DNA of 64,000 nt from Parasitella parasitica NRRL 2501 (GCA_025201805.1 MU619241.1:337386-401385), one strand, 5' to 3'. Positions 1-13,585 are shown, numbered from the stretch's first letter. Translations and numbers: made by a program. The notes: a model not told the origin generated them from the letters alone.

Positions 1-239
1 ATCGCTATCTGAGCATAACTTGGTTTCCACTGGGCGACCTTTGTATCAAAAGTTATCTGCAAAAACTTTTTTTTTTCTCATCATTTTTCATCAATCGGTC
101 GCGCAAAATTTGCCCGTGGCAAAAAAAAGAAGAGTAGCCAGCATATAAGATAAGAGATGAATCTTAACAAATCAAAATACATTCTAGTGAATGTATAATA
201 TAGCCTGATGTTTTGATCAAAGATCTCAGTCCAATACTT

Positions 240-422
240 TATTATATACAAACTAGACCTAAAAACCAACATCTATGCCTTCTTTGCTACTATCACCAGA
301 GTCATTTGGATACACCACCATTTAGTACTCTACCGTGGAACCCCTTCGACCCTCAAACAGTTATCAATAGCATCAACCGAGAATTAGACAAGCTATCCAT
401 TATGGACAGTATAGATTTATAA
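240..422 (+). mobile_element. Possible 3' remnant of a non-LTR (LINE) retrotransposon ORF2
   Basis: Frameshifted translation IYAFFATITRVIWIHH...WNPFDPQTVINSI resembles the IW..HW....PF C-terminal end of fungal L1-like ORF2. An A-tract follows at about 509-519. Recognition is from memory only. Confidence 0.3.
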
Positions 423-1790
423 GTTTTCACAAGCAACATCATGGCAAGTCACTTTACCTAGTATACACTTGAACCATTTATACAATGATTTTATTACATA
501 TTTATTTTAAAAAAAAAAAGTGAGGTTACATAGATTGATAGAATAATCTTTGAAGATTGATAATGATTGAGATGTGATAGTAGAAACTATATAAAGAGGG
601 CATCAATCTGTAATGATTATTTGAATCTTTTGGATTTGCTTAACTCTTTATGTGCAGAGAGAATAAACTTTATCCAGAAAGACAAAAAGATGTTGTTATG
701 GGAATTAAATCGCAAAAGCCTAACGACAATTTTATTAATATATAAAGAGGATCCTATTCTGATCTTTTAATGATAAAGGTATATACCCATTGTAGTAGTG
801 TTTTTTATGGTTATAAATCGATACTTATTCTTATCCATGTGTACAAGGAACTACTAATCGAGCAATTTCTAAATGTCAACGAGCCTTTCTGGCGGGCACA
901 GTATTGGTTTTTTCGCAGCCAACTGCTATGTAGTGTATTATATTAAGTATGCAATGGGAACAAGGTTTATAGCAGACGAGACCGACTCCAATATTGATGT
1001 TCATGTCTAAGTCTTGGATAATTATACAGGGATATGTCTTTTTATAATAGAAATTAGTTATATGGATCATCAGAAATGATTATTTTTTATAATACCATAT
1101 AGCGAAGCATACCATAATGGCGAATTGAGTGAAGAGGTGAGGTTTCAAAAACAACGTATAATGGAGCTGTCATATCATTATTTGAAAAATAATAATTTGC
1201 CATCATCATCAAGAGTGCCACGATTATAAGAGTGAACAACTTAAACAGCTTCGTAAATCGAAACAGACCTGCGGCTGCAATTGCTGAACGCTGTGAATTA
1301 GTGCATATTAGCCCGTATTGATATAATAATTAATTACACCAAAAATTACTTCGATAGATACCGCACAGCCAGGAAGGTCTATTAGGCCATTACCTTATGG
1401 TACATAGTATCTTTCATAATATCTTGGCAAGTTTGTGACCAACTAAAAAATATTGAGATGAGCCTCACTACTACATAAGTTTTGAATGTAATCGAGTTTT
1501 CATGGCTCTTCACAAGAAATTTTATACAAAATGCTAAAATGGTTTGAATTCAAGTCAAGCTTCGGTAGTTTCACTAGTTATATATCGATTACAATTCTAT
1601 TTGCCATGTCTGCCATAGAACGTTAACAAATGTATGTGGGGACTCGATGTTTTCCTAATTTTTAGACTTATAGCCAGCTTTGACGAGCTTTGGTTTGCCA
1701 ATATTACAGATATACCTCATCTTCTCCCCTTTTAAAATATATTGTATCATTTGAATATCAAACAAAAGTATATGCTTGGAACGGAGTATA

Positions 1791-3029
1791 ATGGCTAATG
1801 CAAAAATTTCCTACTTTAACGCGCCCCAAAACGCCATACTCCATAAAATTTTCTTTTCTCGTTTCAAACATATAATGTACGAAAAATCAATGAATGGAAT
1901 AGATGCAAAAGATGAGACATTTACCATCAAGATGGAAGAAATTATGAAACAGGTGCTATCGTCAGAAGCTTTCCAACACAAATTAGCATCTGGAGGAGAA
2001 TTTGCAATGAAAATCAATTCTGATACCACGATCATTAACAAAGAAGAAATTAAAATGGAGCCAAATGAAAAACCTCTATTCATAGGAGACTCTGGTTCCT
2101 CAAATTCTGCAATCTTAAGTAAAGGTAAGCCGTGTGGTGTTGATAGCATAGTTAAGCTTTGCTCAAGTTCATTTATTATGTAATCAGATACGGAGAATCG
2201 CTACTGCCTCCGGAGCCAAAGTTTGCCCAGACGAAATAGTAATAAGCATTTGACGAAAGAGCAGACTACCACGATTAAACCCATCATTTCTAAACCAATA
2301 TTGGTGGAGCCTGATTTTCCGAAATCAAAAGCACCAAAATCAACTACATCTGTTTTCACACTCCCAAAAGGAAACACAAATGGAATCATTCTAATACCGT
2401 GGAAGAGCGTATTGGATTCTGAATCCATTCATTGCCATACATGTGAGATTATATTCAACGACAATTTTGGGTTTCGAAGACATTTAGATCATGTGCATCA
2501 ACATTCAACAGAAGTATCTGACGATGCAAGTAGGTCATCAAGCACCGCCAAGAATGAAAGTCCCCATTGTCTTGTACAGAGAAAACACGCCTGTAACATG
2601 AAATTCAAAAAACAGTATCGGGCAAACCTCAAACCTAAGCATTTGAAGTCTTTCGCATTTCCAGAATCATATCCGGAATCACCAATTCATGTGCAATGCC
2701 GATTCTGCAAAATGAAAGGTTGGACTGAATCTGAATATAGACTACACCTAACACAAAGCCATTCTTTGGAATTGAATCCCTTGGCCAAGCAAATCGCTGA
2801 CTCTAATATTGATAGAATCAAAGACATCGGATATGCAGCAGAACCTTCGAATATACTCACCAATGTAGATACACTGACTGCAAGTTTGGCGTCTAGCGCT
2901 TCGCATCCCTCTGTGACAGATACAGACATTAGGCTGCTAGACACGTCCTACGACCCAATTGTTGACATATCCGAAAATCAAAGACGCACATACGATTTTT
3001 TTCAAACCTACATGCTTGATATTAGTTGA
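1791..3029 (+). CDS. C2H2 zinc-finger protein (2 exons, intron 2125-2187)
   Basis: A GTAAGC...CAG intron joins ORFs 1776-2183 and 2223-3029 in frame. Motifs CHTC-x12-HLDHVH and CRFC-x12-HLTQSH are present. Confidence 0.7.
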
Positions 3030-3200
3030 ATGAAGTAACAGGCTAATGATGGATCTCAACACACTCTATACGATATTTACAAAAATACACGGCATATCAA
3101 CATATGTAACTCTTCTACTCCTTTCAGATTCATTTGACAATACGTTAATATGATACGTAATGTAAGTTTGAGCAATAAAACCAATTTAATCAAACCAAAA

Positions 3201-4662
3201 CTATATCAGATTAACAATTGTATCTCTTTGGATGTCGTTGTAAGCAGGGGGAGGAAGCTCAGGCTCCTCAAATGGGTTAAAAGAGGGTATGTCATTTCCT
3301 ACGAAACATAAGTACACTGAAATTCAACATCTGTATATGATTAATATACCTGAAGATGTTCTATGACTGGAGTTTATTTGGTAACTTTGTTGCTGTCGCT
3401 GCTGCTCTGACTGTTGTGATACAGAATTTTCATGGAAAGGGTTCGTGTCACCTGCAGAATCAAAATAGATTAGATGGTGGAATTACACATGAGATGCTGT
3501 TTATTTGATTCCCTACTTGTATTGTTCTGTCTTCTACTTGGAAGTTCTGGGCGATATGACACATTTGTCAAGGAATGGCTTTGCTGAGCTCTTGGTAGCA
3601 TAGATGCAGAATTATTAGGGGGGCTACTATCTCTGCCTGATCAAAGCAAAAATGGTCAATATTTCATGTTCATTTTAAGATATCTAAAAACAATCTTACT
3701 TTGATAATTAACATCAGGTGTACTTGCAGAGGAAGAAATCCCAGTGAGGCTGCCTAGAGGCCTAGCTGGCAAAGGACTGTAATACGGTCAAGGCGGTCAT
3801 TCCGTTACAGTAAATACAAATTGGACTTACCGTTGAAAGCTAGTTGCTATAAACGTGATGAGAATAAAATGAAAGCCTTGTTTCCCAAAAAAAAACCCTA
3901 TATTTTTACCTTGGGTATTTGATCTGTTTTTTTGGTCTATAAAGTTGCGATTTATTAAATCTTGGTTATAGAGGATTTGGTCGCATTTCCTTACCGTTGC
4001 CTAATGATACTCTGGTAGAGTTTGACGATTTAAACATGTCTACAGCAATTAGATTAGAGGCAGCATTTAAGAAATAAATCATGCAAGCATTACTTGAGAA
4101 CGAAAGATGAGTTGACGCTGAGCTACGTACATTCGCTGCTGCCTTTTGTCTGCTCTCTGCTCGAAGGTCTTGGCGCCACTGAGCCAACTCCTCCCGAACT
4201 GTTAAAGGCTTGGCATCAGCCTAATAAAATCAGGTACAACAAACATTATATCAACAAGTAAGCAAGGACTATTTGCATTAAAACTAACTTACAAGAAAAG
4301 GATTTGTTTGGCTTATTCTGCTTGTGTTCTGTGGATTGTTAATGTTCAAAGTTGCGCTAGCTGCCCCACCATTGAACTAAAACGAATTCATGGTTAGTGT
4401 TGCTTGATTTCACCTAGATCAAGCCCAAAGTTCCTACATGATCATTGCTGCTTCTTATTCGAGCAGGAAGAGGGGGAGTGTACGACAAAGGCCTGTTTCT
4501 GCTGTCATTGGTAGAAGTAGAATTCATGTCTAATAGCATCTCGAATGCCAAGTTTAAATCTCCTTGTGTTGAATACAAGACATCATCAATGATTGAAAGG
4601 TCGATAGTCGGAAATGCCTCTTTTAATGTATCAATGCTTGAATTTTGCAAACAGTTTTCCAT
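3201..4662 (-). CDS. CUE-domain (ubiquitin-binding) protein with NPF and PPxY motifs, multi-exon
   Basis: N-terminal LKEAFPTIDLSIIDDVLYSTQGDLNLAFEMLLDM is a CUE signature. Downstream exons are bounded by GT-AG. The last exon reads SFNPFEEPELPPPAYNDIQRDTIVNLI*. Confidence 0.7.
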
Positions 4663-4731
4663 GGATGGCAAGTACAAGGAGTAGAGAAAAAGGAAAAGGA
4701 TTGTCATGTTGTAATCATCGTTTATTTATAG

Positions 4732-4756
4732 TTTTTTTTTTTTTTTTTTTTTTTTT

Positions 4757-4793
<37 letters not shown>
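4732..4793. repeat. poly(T)/poly(A) tract of about 62 nt
   Basis: Directly visible homopolymer with one interrupting A. Confidence 0.95.
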
Positions 4794-4794
<1 letters not shown>

Positions 4795-4813
4795 ATATCA
4801 GTGACTCTATCTT

Positions 4814-5520
4814 TTATCCATAGCGAATACTAGCATAAAATCCGATCAAGAAGGTAGATTTGAATTGAATGTTGTTTGTCAAAAGGTTGACAAACTTTTG
4901 CCATTTTGATGTAAGATCACGTTTGCTGACCTTTCCGTCCTTATCAGCATCCAATGTACTGGTGTATCTGCCTTCTAAACGATCCCAATGAACTGTAACG
5001 TATCCTTGCTGAGATAAATATTGCAGAAACACAAACCCAGTGCCAACAAATGCTGCAAAAATCTTGCCGACTTTCTTTACCAAGAATCCGGTGCAAATAC
5101 CAAGAAATGTTCCAAATGTGAGTTCACCCTTATTGAAGATAGACTTGTTGCCGTGAGCACCTATCTTTTGACTCTCATAACTAGCGGCTTCGAATGTACG
5201 GTTGGGCTGGTTGAATCCAGCAGCAGCTTGACATTGCACTGATGGCTTAAAGAACAAAGATGTGGAAGCAGTAGTCATGGTAACCAAAGCAAGCATTTTG
5301 GATGCTCCCAATGGGTTAGTGTCAAAAACGCGCTTTGTAGGAGCAGCAAGCACTGTTCAATTCCCATTTTAATAATCATTATGCATTGGTTCATGTAAAC
5401 TTTACCTGTTTTATGAGCACTCAACATTGAGTACTGCCTCATTTGAAGGGCTTTTGCGGTATTTTGACGAGCACAGCTCTTTAAAACATTTGGATTAACA
5501 ATTCTAGGAAGACGAAGCAT
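4814..5520 (-). CDS. FUN14-family mitochondrial outer membrane protein (2 exons)
   Basis: GELTFGTFLGICTGFLVKKVGKIFAAFVGTGFVFLQYLSQQGYVTVHWDRL is the FUN14 pattern. Arg-rich N-terminus; intron at about 5354-5405. Confidence 0.85.
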
Positions 5521-5749
5521 GGTTTTTTTTTTGAAGAAGAGGAAAAAAAAAGAGAGAGAGAAGAAATAATAAAAGAAAAAGATGATTTCATTTCATGACA
5601 TTTCAAGTCCGTAAGGCGATTGGATTGTTTGTGAAACTAAAGTTTATTGAATATTTCGTCATAGGAATGAGGGGCGACTGGGGGGTTGGGAGTTTGGTCA
5701 AGATGATTTGCATGAAAAAGAGGATAGGGATGTGTAAAATTATAGTAAT

Positions 5750-7122
5750 TTAAGAGGTCATGTAAGTGTTGAGATCAACTTCCTCGGGAAGTGGGGAGAT
5801 ATTGACTTCAAATCTACTTTGAACATCGTTCAACACAGCTGTATCTTTCTCATCAGAGACAAATGTAATACCAAGACCCTTGGTACCGAAACGACCAGCA
5901 CGGCCAACTCTGTGCAAGTAAGTGTCGGCACTGTCGGGCATATCGTAATTGATGACAATATTGACTCTCTCAATATCAATACCACGACCAAAGATATCGG
6001 TGGCAACCATGATACGCTTTTCAAAATCCTTGAATGACTTGTAGCGCTTGATACGTTCATCTTGGCTCATCTGAGAGTGAATACAGATACTGGGGAAGTT
6101 ACAGTCGGATAAAATACGGTTCAATTCATTTGCACGAGAGACAGAGCGAACGAAAATACACACTTGGTTGAATTCCAATGTATCCAATAAATCATTCAGC
6201 TTGCGATTCTTTTCTTTTTCTTCCATCTTGATGTAGAATTGCTGGAGACCGTGAAGAGTGAGCTTGGCTTCATCATCGACGTAGATTTCCAAAGGATTTT
6301 GCATAAACTTTTTACAAACAGGGCGCATTTCCTTGGCCAAAGTAGCAGAGAACATCATTACTTGCTTGTGGTGAGGAGTGGCACGGAAAATATCCTGCAC
6401 ATCACGACGCATATCCAGTTGCTCCAACATCTTGTCACATTCATCGAGCACGAAATGCTTGACGTTGGCCAACTTGAGGTACTTGTCGCGAACCAAGGCC
6501 AAGACACGACCAGGAGTACCGACTAAAATATGAGGACATCTATTCTTGTCCTTCAAGATTTCAACATCCTTGGTCATAGGAACACCACCGTAAAATACTT
6601 CTGTGCGGATTTCAGGGAGGTATTTAGAGAAACGAGCATACTCGTTCTTGATTTGGAAGGCCAATTCACGTGTATGACAGAGAACAATAACTGAAACTTC
6701 GCCATTGACAGGCTCGAGCTGCTGGAGGGTGGCGAGAACAAAAACAGCGGTCTTACCCATACCGGACTTGGCTTGACAAAGCACGTCCATGCCCAAAATA
6801 GACTGAGGAATACATTCTTGTTGGACTGCAACGACGAACGCGTAAGTATTTTACACTCTTGAACAAGTGACAGATTGATTTTACCTTCGGAAGGATGCTC
6901 GAAACCGCAATCGACAATACTTCTGAGAAGCTCTGGCTTGAGCAAGAAATCACGGAAACCGGTAGAGTGAATACCAACGTAGGAACCCTTCTTGTCTTTC
7001 TTGTCTTCATCATCGACGTTCAAAGCATCGGCTTGCTGAGCAGCGGCAGTTTCTTGTTGGATGGTTTGTTCATCCTCCTCCTCGTAATCGATAAGATCAT
7101 CAGCGTGGTCGGCAGCAGACAT
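5750..7122 (-). CDS. SUB2: DEAD(DECD)-box RNA helicase Sub2/UAP56
   Basis: Motifs [31 protein letters not shown] and HRVGRAGR. Coding intron at 6826-6884. Confidence 0.97.
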
Positions 7123-9209
7123 TTTTTTTGGTAGTACTGAGAGGGTGGAGTGTGAGTAAAACATAATAATATAAACAATTAATCTTAAGCAACATGGAAG
7201 CGCCTGTCTGATCTTCTTCTCTTCCTCCATGACTGAAACTTTCCAGTTTTCAATGCCATTCAATGCTACAGTCTTTCTGATTCTTTGTTGTATACATATA
7301 CAATGAACGTGTGTGAATATGACAAGGTAATTGAGGGAGAAGAAATGATATGCTATCAAAGGCACGTGATTGTGCACTGGGCAGGGTGTAAAGGGTAAAA
7401 GAGATGCGTATCATCTAAACTAATCAGCCAGTTATCACTAACACGGAAATGAATCACTTGTGGTGTAAACGTTGTGTGTGAGCGTGTAAATCTTTTTCTC
7501 TGACTAGCGTAGATTTTTGCATTCATTGTTTCCACAAAACAGAATAAGATGGAGATGGAGAGTGTGCAAAAAAAGCGCGTTTTCTGTCATATCAACGTTG
7601 CCATTTAAACCACCAAAAATTGCCTTTCTTCAAAGGGTCATAATGTGTTATATGCGATTGAATGTTTGAGCGCGCGCGTTCAGTATGTATTATTATACAG
7701 CGCAAAGAGATTTCATCGAAGGAGAGTAGTAGTAGAAGAACAGAGCCCAGTTGCCAAAGCAGTGGTTGATGACATACCTTTTGTAGAAGCGAGATTTGTT
7801 TGACAAGGGAGAATAAAAGGTTTAGCTTTTGTTATTGAGATGGATGGATGGTTTCTCGAGATGAAAAAAGTAATGGGAAAAAGAAAATTATTGTTGTTCT
7901 CTCAGAGTCGATACTTATATACCCCTGCTGATGAGTTTACGTAGCCCATGACACACACACTTTTGTAAGAGATCATACTCCTTTTGAACATCCGATGTTT
8001 GTCTTCTTGAACCGATTGTACCGTATGCTGTGCAATTAGCACTTGACGCTAGAGAGAGCAAGGTACCAAGAGATTACGAGGTCAAGAGACTACGATATCA
8101 GGAAAAAAAAAAAAAAAAAAAAAAAAAAGGAAAGAGGAAGAGAATACAAGATGATCCAAACCAGATCCCTTGACAGTACAAGACGCAAATTCTTTGGCTG
8201 ATATCGCTGCGTAAGCGTGGAGTGCTCTACTTTAAGCGGCTGAGGCGGGTATTATGGCACTCGATGTTTGTTGATATTAGTCTCTTCCTTTATATCTTGA
8301 AATTCGACTTTGTGAGATTTTCATAGACACAGTTATAAAGTCTTCATACCTATATCACAAGTCTCACATTCTGTTTAGCTTAGCTGATACGAATGTAATC
8401 GCTTCCTATGTCATAAATTTTTCATGCAAAATTATAAAAAGGTATAAAAAAAAAGTTTTGAAAGCAATGCAAGGAGAACGATCTTGGGAATGACATGTTA
8501 ATGATGTTCGTGTTGCTCGGCTGAAGCACAAATGTACGTTTGTTCAAGCATGTCTAATCTTAAATCACAGAGCTTTTTTACCAGATATTTTTTTTTTCTT
8601 TTCAAAACGTACTTAATTTGATCAATTTGCTCCATCGATCAAAATTATTTCAAGCGTTCAAGTAGGGGAAAAATATTTTATAAGAAGAAGAAGAAAAAAA
8701 AAAGGACTTCTGTGGATACCTTATCCAAATTTTGACTTTGATCTATCGTGAGAGTCATTTACAAGCAATATTTCTAACTTTGTGAATTATGCATCAAAAT
8801 GCAATGGGTTGAAAACTTTTGACACCAAATATCCTATTTTACTTGGTTTCCGGTTACGAGCCAATTGATCTGCAAATTTGCTATCTTTCACTTGTTCTAA
8901 TTTTGAAACGTCATCGCACCCTGGAATTTACCAATACTTTACCAATGAAGCAAATCAACCCAATTTGACTAGCAACAAGTCGATGTAGACTCTCGTGTCA
9001 AGACATTACGGAGATACGCTGTATGCTAATATAATTCTTCCTTGTAACGGATAAAGGTGGATGCGAGCAATATTAGTTTAACGGAGCCTTAACCTACTTC
9101 AAGTGGTTGAATCAGACCGAGGAATGAGAAAAACCCGGGGAAGGGCCATAAATACTATGATTGCTAAATTACTTGACGCTTTTTTTCTTTTGCTTATATC
9201 TTTCAAAGC

Positions 9210-10760
9210 ATGTCTGAAAAGATTGTTGTTCTCGGTGAGGTTAATTAAATGGCCTGAAATGACTTCAAGCGGCTAACATCTTATATTCAAGGCGCTGGTG
9301 TTACTGGTTTGACATCTGCTATCAGTTTGTTGAAAAAAGGCTATAGGGATGTTATCGTCGCATCCAAGCATGTCCCTGGAGACTTATCATCAGAATACAC
9401 ATCTCCCTGGGCAGGTGCTTCTATCTTGACGGTAGCTGATCATGATGATTATCGTCTTCAAGGTATGTACTGTGTTTTGAATGATTCAGCACATACAGTC
9501 ATACACTGAAATACCATACATTAGAAATGGACTTGCATACCATGAAAGAATTCGAGCGTCTCTCAAGCGAAGAGCCAGAAGCTAATGTTATGCCCTGCAA
9601 AGGTATCCAATACTGCGAAGACCCTGCACTGCCCGGCGAAGATCCTCACTGGGTTCGCAAGATTTACAAAAATGTAAGATCGGTCTGCGCTCTCTCATGA
9701 TCAGATTTTTTTTGTTAACAATTTATCAGGTAAAAGAGATCCCCAAGAGCGAGTTGATTCCAGGCGTATCTTATGGTTACACCTTTGAGTCCTGTAAGTT
9801 CTTTTTTTTTTCTCACGAAATACATAACAACAGATTATTCAATGGTGCTTTACATCAGTCACTGCGAATGTTCCCAAGTACTTGCAATGGTTAGTCAAAA
9901 CTCTCCGATCACTCGGTGGTAGGATTGAAAGAAAGACGTTTGACAGCATCCAACAAGCGATCGATGAGTTTCCTGAAGCTACGGTTATCGTCAACTGCAC
10001 TGGTTTGGGTTCTTATTATTTAGCAGATGTCAAAGACAAGACAATGTATCCTATCCGTGGACAAACTGTAACTGTACGTGCTCCTCATATCAAGGTAGGC
10101 TTTACGTACATATTAATAGTCGTCATCTAAGCTAATCTTCATTTTCTAAACATGCAGACTCAACACTATATTGACTGTAAGACACAATCTGATCTTTTGA
10201 TATAAAACAAAACCTTAATCTTATATTCCAATTTTAGCTAGAAACTGTTGGACCTACATTATTCCTAGAAATGACGGAACTGTAATCTGCGGCGGAACGG
10301 TTGACCGTGTCAACAGAAGCACTGCTCCAGATGACGCTATTACCAAAGATATCTTGGAGCGTGTATATAACCTTTACCCTGACATTACTCATGGCAAGGG
10401 CCCATCTCACTTTGACATTGTAGGTGTCAATGTAGGTTTTAGGCCTGGACGCAAAGGTGGCATTCGTCTTGAGAAAGAAACTAGACGTAAGTGTATATAT
10501 ATTTACATGACATGCGGCTCGCTTTTTTTTTATTTTTTGCAACCGATAACTTATATATAAACGTAGGTCGATCAAATGGTCAGAAGGTCACCGTGTGCCA
10601 TAATTATGGCCACAGCTCTCATGGTAAAAAAAAATAATCGTAGGATGAGTGTGTTTTAACGAATTCTAATCATAATTTCCACGTAGGCTACCAATCGAGT
10701 TGGGGTTCCTGCGCAAAATTGGTAGAATTGGTTTCCAATGAACACCTTTCCAAACTGTAA
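9210..10760 (+). CDS. D-amino acid / D-aspartate oxidase, peroxisomal (about 9 exons)
   Basis: VVLG|AGVTG FAD motif, YTSPWAGA, VNCTGLG, PIRGQT, VGFRPGR and HNYGH. C-terminal SKL* is a PTS1 signal. Confidence 0.92.
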
Positions 10761-11078
10761 TTTTTTAGCGAAAAGCATCTCGTGTATTTATTATAAAATA
10801 AAATCATAGCGTCTGAGGTGAGCAGGTTGATGCTCTGTATCATTGGGATGTGTGATTTGGCTAGAATGAGCATTCTGGCACCCCTAATACGCCAATAATC
10901 TAGCTTACTGCTGTACCGTATTCATGCTGTATTTTCTTGTGTGCTGTTGATGTATACAAAAAAAAAAAAGTGGCGAGGCTTTCAATTTGAAATGCTAACC
11001 TCGGCTGGAACCCCTCCCCCCACCCCCCACTAATCAGTTTCTGAACTGTTTCAAATAAAATTGTTTATTTTATATAAA

Positions 11079-13585
11079 TTAAAAGGTGGGTACATTGCTG
11101 GGGGCAGATAGAGAGATACGAGTAACGGCAGCATTGATGCTACCGTTGCGCGTAATAGCTCTAGCTGATGTACGACGACGGAGCATGGCAGCCTCTTCTT
11201 CTTCGGGAGTAAGGCCCAGCATACGATGTTCACGAATCATTGCCTTCTCAAACAGTAAATCAGGCAAAGTACACGCACCGAGTGCTCGGCGCATATGAGT
11301 TGTCAAGTAACTGAGGCCTACTTGGTACGATGCATTCATCCAGCCAAAGCCTTCTCGAGGAACACATTTGAAATCTGTACCAACATTACCGTATTCCACT
11401 TCAACCTTGTGAGATAAACTGACAACGTCAAATTTTTCAGGGACCACGCCATTGAAATCTACAAAACCTTTGGTGATACTAGTATCGTGATAAAAAAAAA
11501 CGCGTCAGGTCAGGCACTTTTCTTTACTTGCAATCTACTCACGTAAACAACCAGCGGTAGGCTAATCTTGCCGCAGTATCCTTCATACCATATCTGTCGA
11601 GGCCAACCCATGTCAAGATTTGGTGGGGAGCCCAACCAAAGGGAAAATCCCACTGACGATTAGGTCTTTCCAGCGATGTGACACCGCGAGATTCCTCTGT
11701 ACCCGAAACAAGACCGCCCATGACTTCAAATTTGGGGAGTGAATGCTTGACCATTTCTTGAGCTTGGTGATCACTAGCACAGCCAGCCCAAAGTGCCCAA
11801 AATGTAGTGACACTTTCGTAGTGTATCTGCTCTTCCTGGACAGTGTCATAATCGAAATAGAGAGATTTTTCTTCGTTCCATAAATACTTGTCAATGCGTT
11901 CTCGTCTCTGCTTGGCTCTCTCCAACCAGTCCTCTGCATTTTGCTTTACTCCATCAAAGTCCTCCAGGTCGTTGTCTAGATAGTCTACTATCGCATCGGC
12001 AATATCCATCTCATACTTGTATAGCAAAGTATTCAGATCGATTGTAGCCAGATTCGCACAGATCTTTTCAAATCGATACGTGGTATCGTGGCCCGATTCA
12101 CGAACAGCACGATCGTGCAAAAAGTACTCGTCCAGGTCAGGCTCCTGAATAACGCCATCATTGTACTTTTGGTTGAACTCTTCGACAGTAATGTTGTGCT
12201 TTTCAGCAAAGGGCTCGATAATATGTACAAAATGAGAGGCTTCTGTCTCGGGAGGAATGCCAGAACCGTCAGGGCGATATCTCGAAAGCATCGTCTTTTT
12301 GTCCAATCGCGGCTCAGACATCCAAACTTCCCAGTACTCCTTTATGGCGGATTTGAGCACTCTTCTTAGCCATGCCTTGTTTTCTTTTTCGTCCTGCGGA
12401 TGCAGACGCTCGTATACCTTGAGCGTCATGTCTGTCAAAAATGGGGGCTGTGAGCGAGAGAGATAGTAGGAGCGATTGGCGTTCAGAATCTTGCCATAGT
12501 GCTTGATCTGATAAGCAAAATTCTCCACCATGCTACGAACTAGCTCGACACGACCATCTTCCAATAGCCCCAATGCCGAAAAATAAGAGTCCCAGCCATA
12601 CATTTCGTTGAATCTACCGCCTGGGACAACAAAAGGCTCCCCGACATAGGTGTCTTTGCCCTGGTCGTCTTTGACTTTGCGCATGGCCAACGTCAACAGG
12701 CCTGGGCGATCGTTGATGCTTTTTGTGTACTCTGCAGTAATCTTTTCTGGCAAGTATTCGACCTCAAGGTTCAAATGCTTGCGGACTTCACCTACTTGTC
12801 TATAAAAGTCATAGGCTTCCTTGTCATTGTAGGGGACGTAGATGCGTGGGTTTTTGTTGGACGATCTGTTCTTTGGATCAGGACAGATGACTTCCAGTGA
12901 GTCCGAGTCTATGCGACGAGTAAGGCCGTCCCAGAAATTGAACTTGATCATACGCGATAAACGGTCGACTGGATTTTCGTTAAGGCGGGCTTCGTCTAGG
13001 ACGATATGCTTTCTTCCATAGTCGTTGGCTAATGCAAGCTCCTGCAGCAGGTTGGAAAGCATGTACGTACCTCGGATATCAATTTTGCGATATCCGCCGG
13101 AATCGGCAGTGCCCAGTGACATGGTCTTGGGTCCTAAATCGTTGATTGTGATTTGAAAATCGCCATCAGTGTCTTCTTGCTCCAAGATTTTACGTTGTGT
13201 CTCTTCGACGTCGATTAAAAAACGGCGTGCTTTATTTTTGTCATCTATGCATGTTTATCCCACACGAAATCAGTAAATTCTGTGTATAGCAAACTGTCAT
13301 TTTTTTTTTTTTTTTTTTTTTTTTTGAAGAAAAACAGCAAATTACCGTGAGAAGCGCGACGTCTGCGAGTTCCCTCCAGGTTGTTTCCGTTTGCTTGAAT
13401 CTCTAAGCGGCTTCTCTATATGTTTCCTCGCATATTTTAACAAGTAGTACAGCTATCCCAAGTCTAATATATACCGTAAAAGTTCTAGTTCTTTGTCTTG
13501 CATTGTCGCCGGTTGTGTAATACGTTGACGCAGGAGCATGAACATTGTGATTGGCATCAGGCTCGAATGCTGGTGTCGCTTCCAT
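11079..13585 (-). CDS. NTH1: Neutral trehalase (GH37)
   Basis: Ca-binding [50 protein letters not shown] and EGFGW. The N-terminus has the PKA-type site RRASH. Confidence 0.96.

Noticed and set aside
870-1500. Possible DNA transposase remnant (YSEAYHN-like)
   Set aside because: Only a single short motif, with no continuous frame.
6574-7377. 267-aa ORF suggesting an N-terminally extended Sub2
   Set aside because: It reads through the predicted UTR intron upstream and the coding intron downstream. The homologous protein starts at 7122.
7928-7975. CTGATGAG resembling a hammerhead ribozyme core or box C
   Set aside because: No stem II followed by GAAA and no matching box D or terminal stem seen.
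11086-12466. Multiple antisense or alternate-frame ORFs over NTH1 (and likewise over other genes)
   Set aside because: Shadow ORFs expected from the codon bias of the real coding strand.
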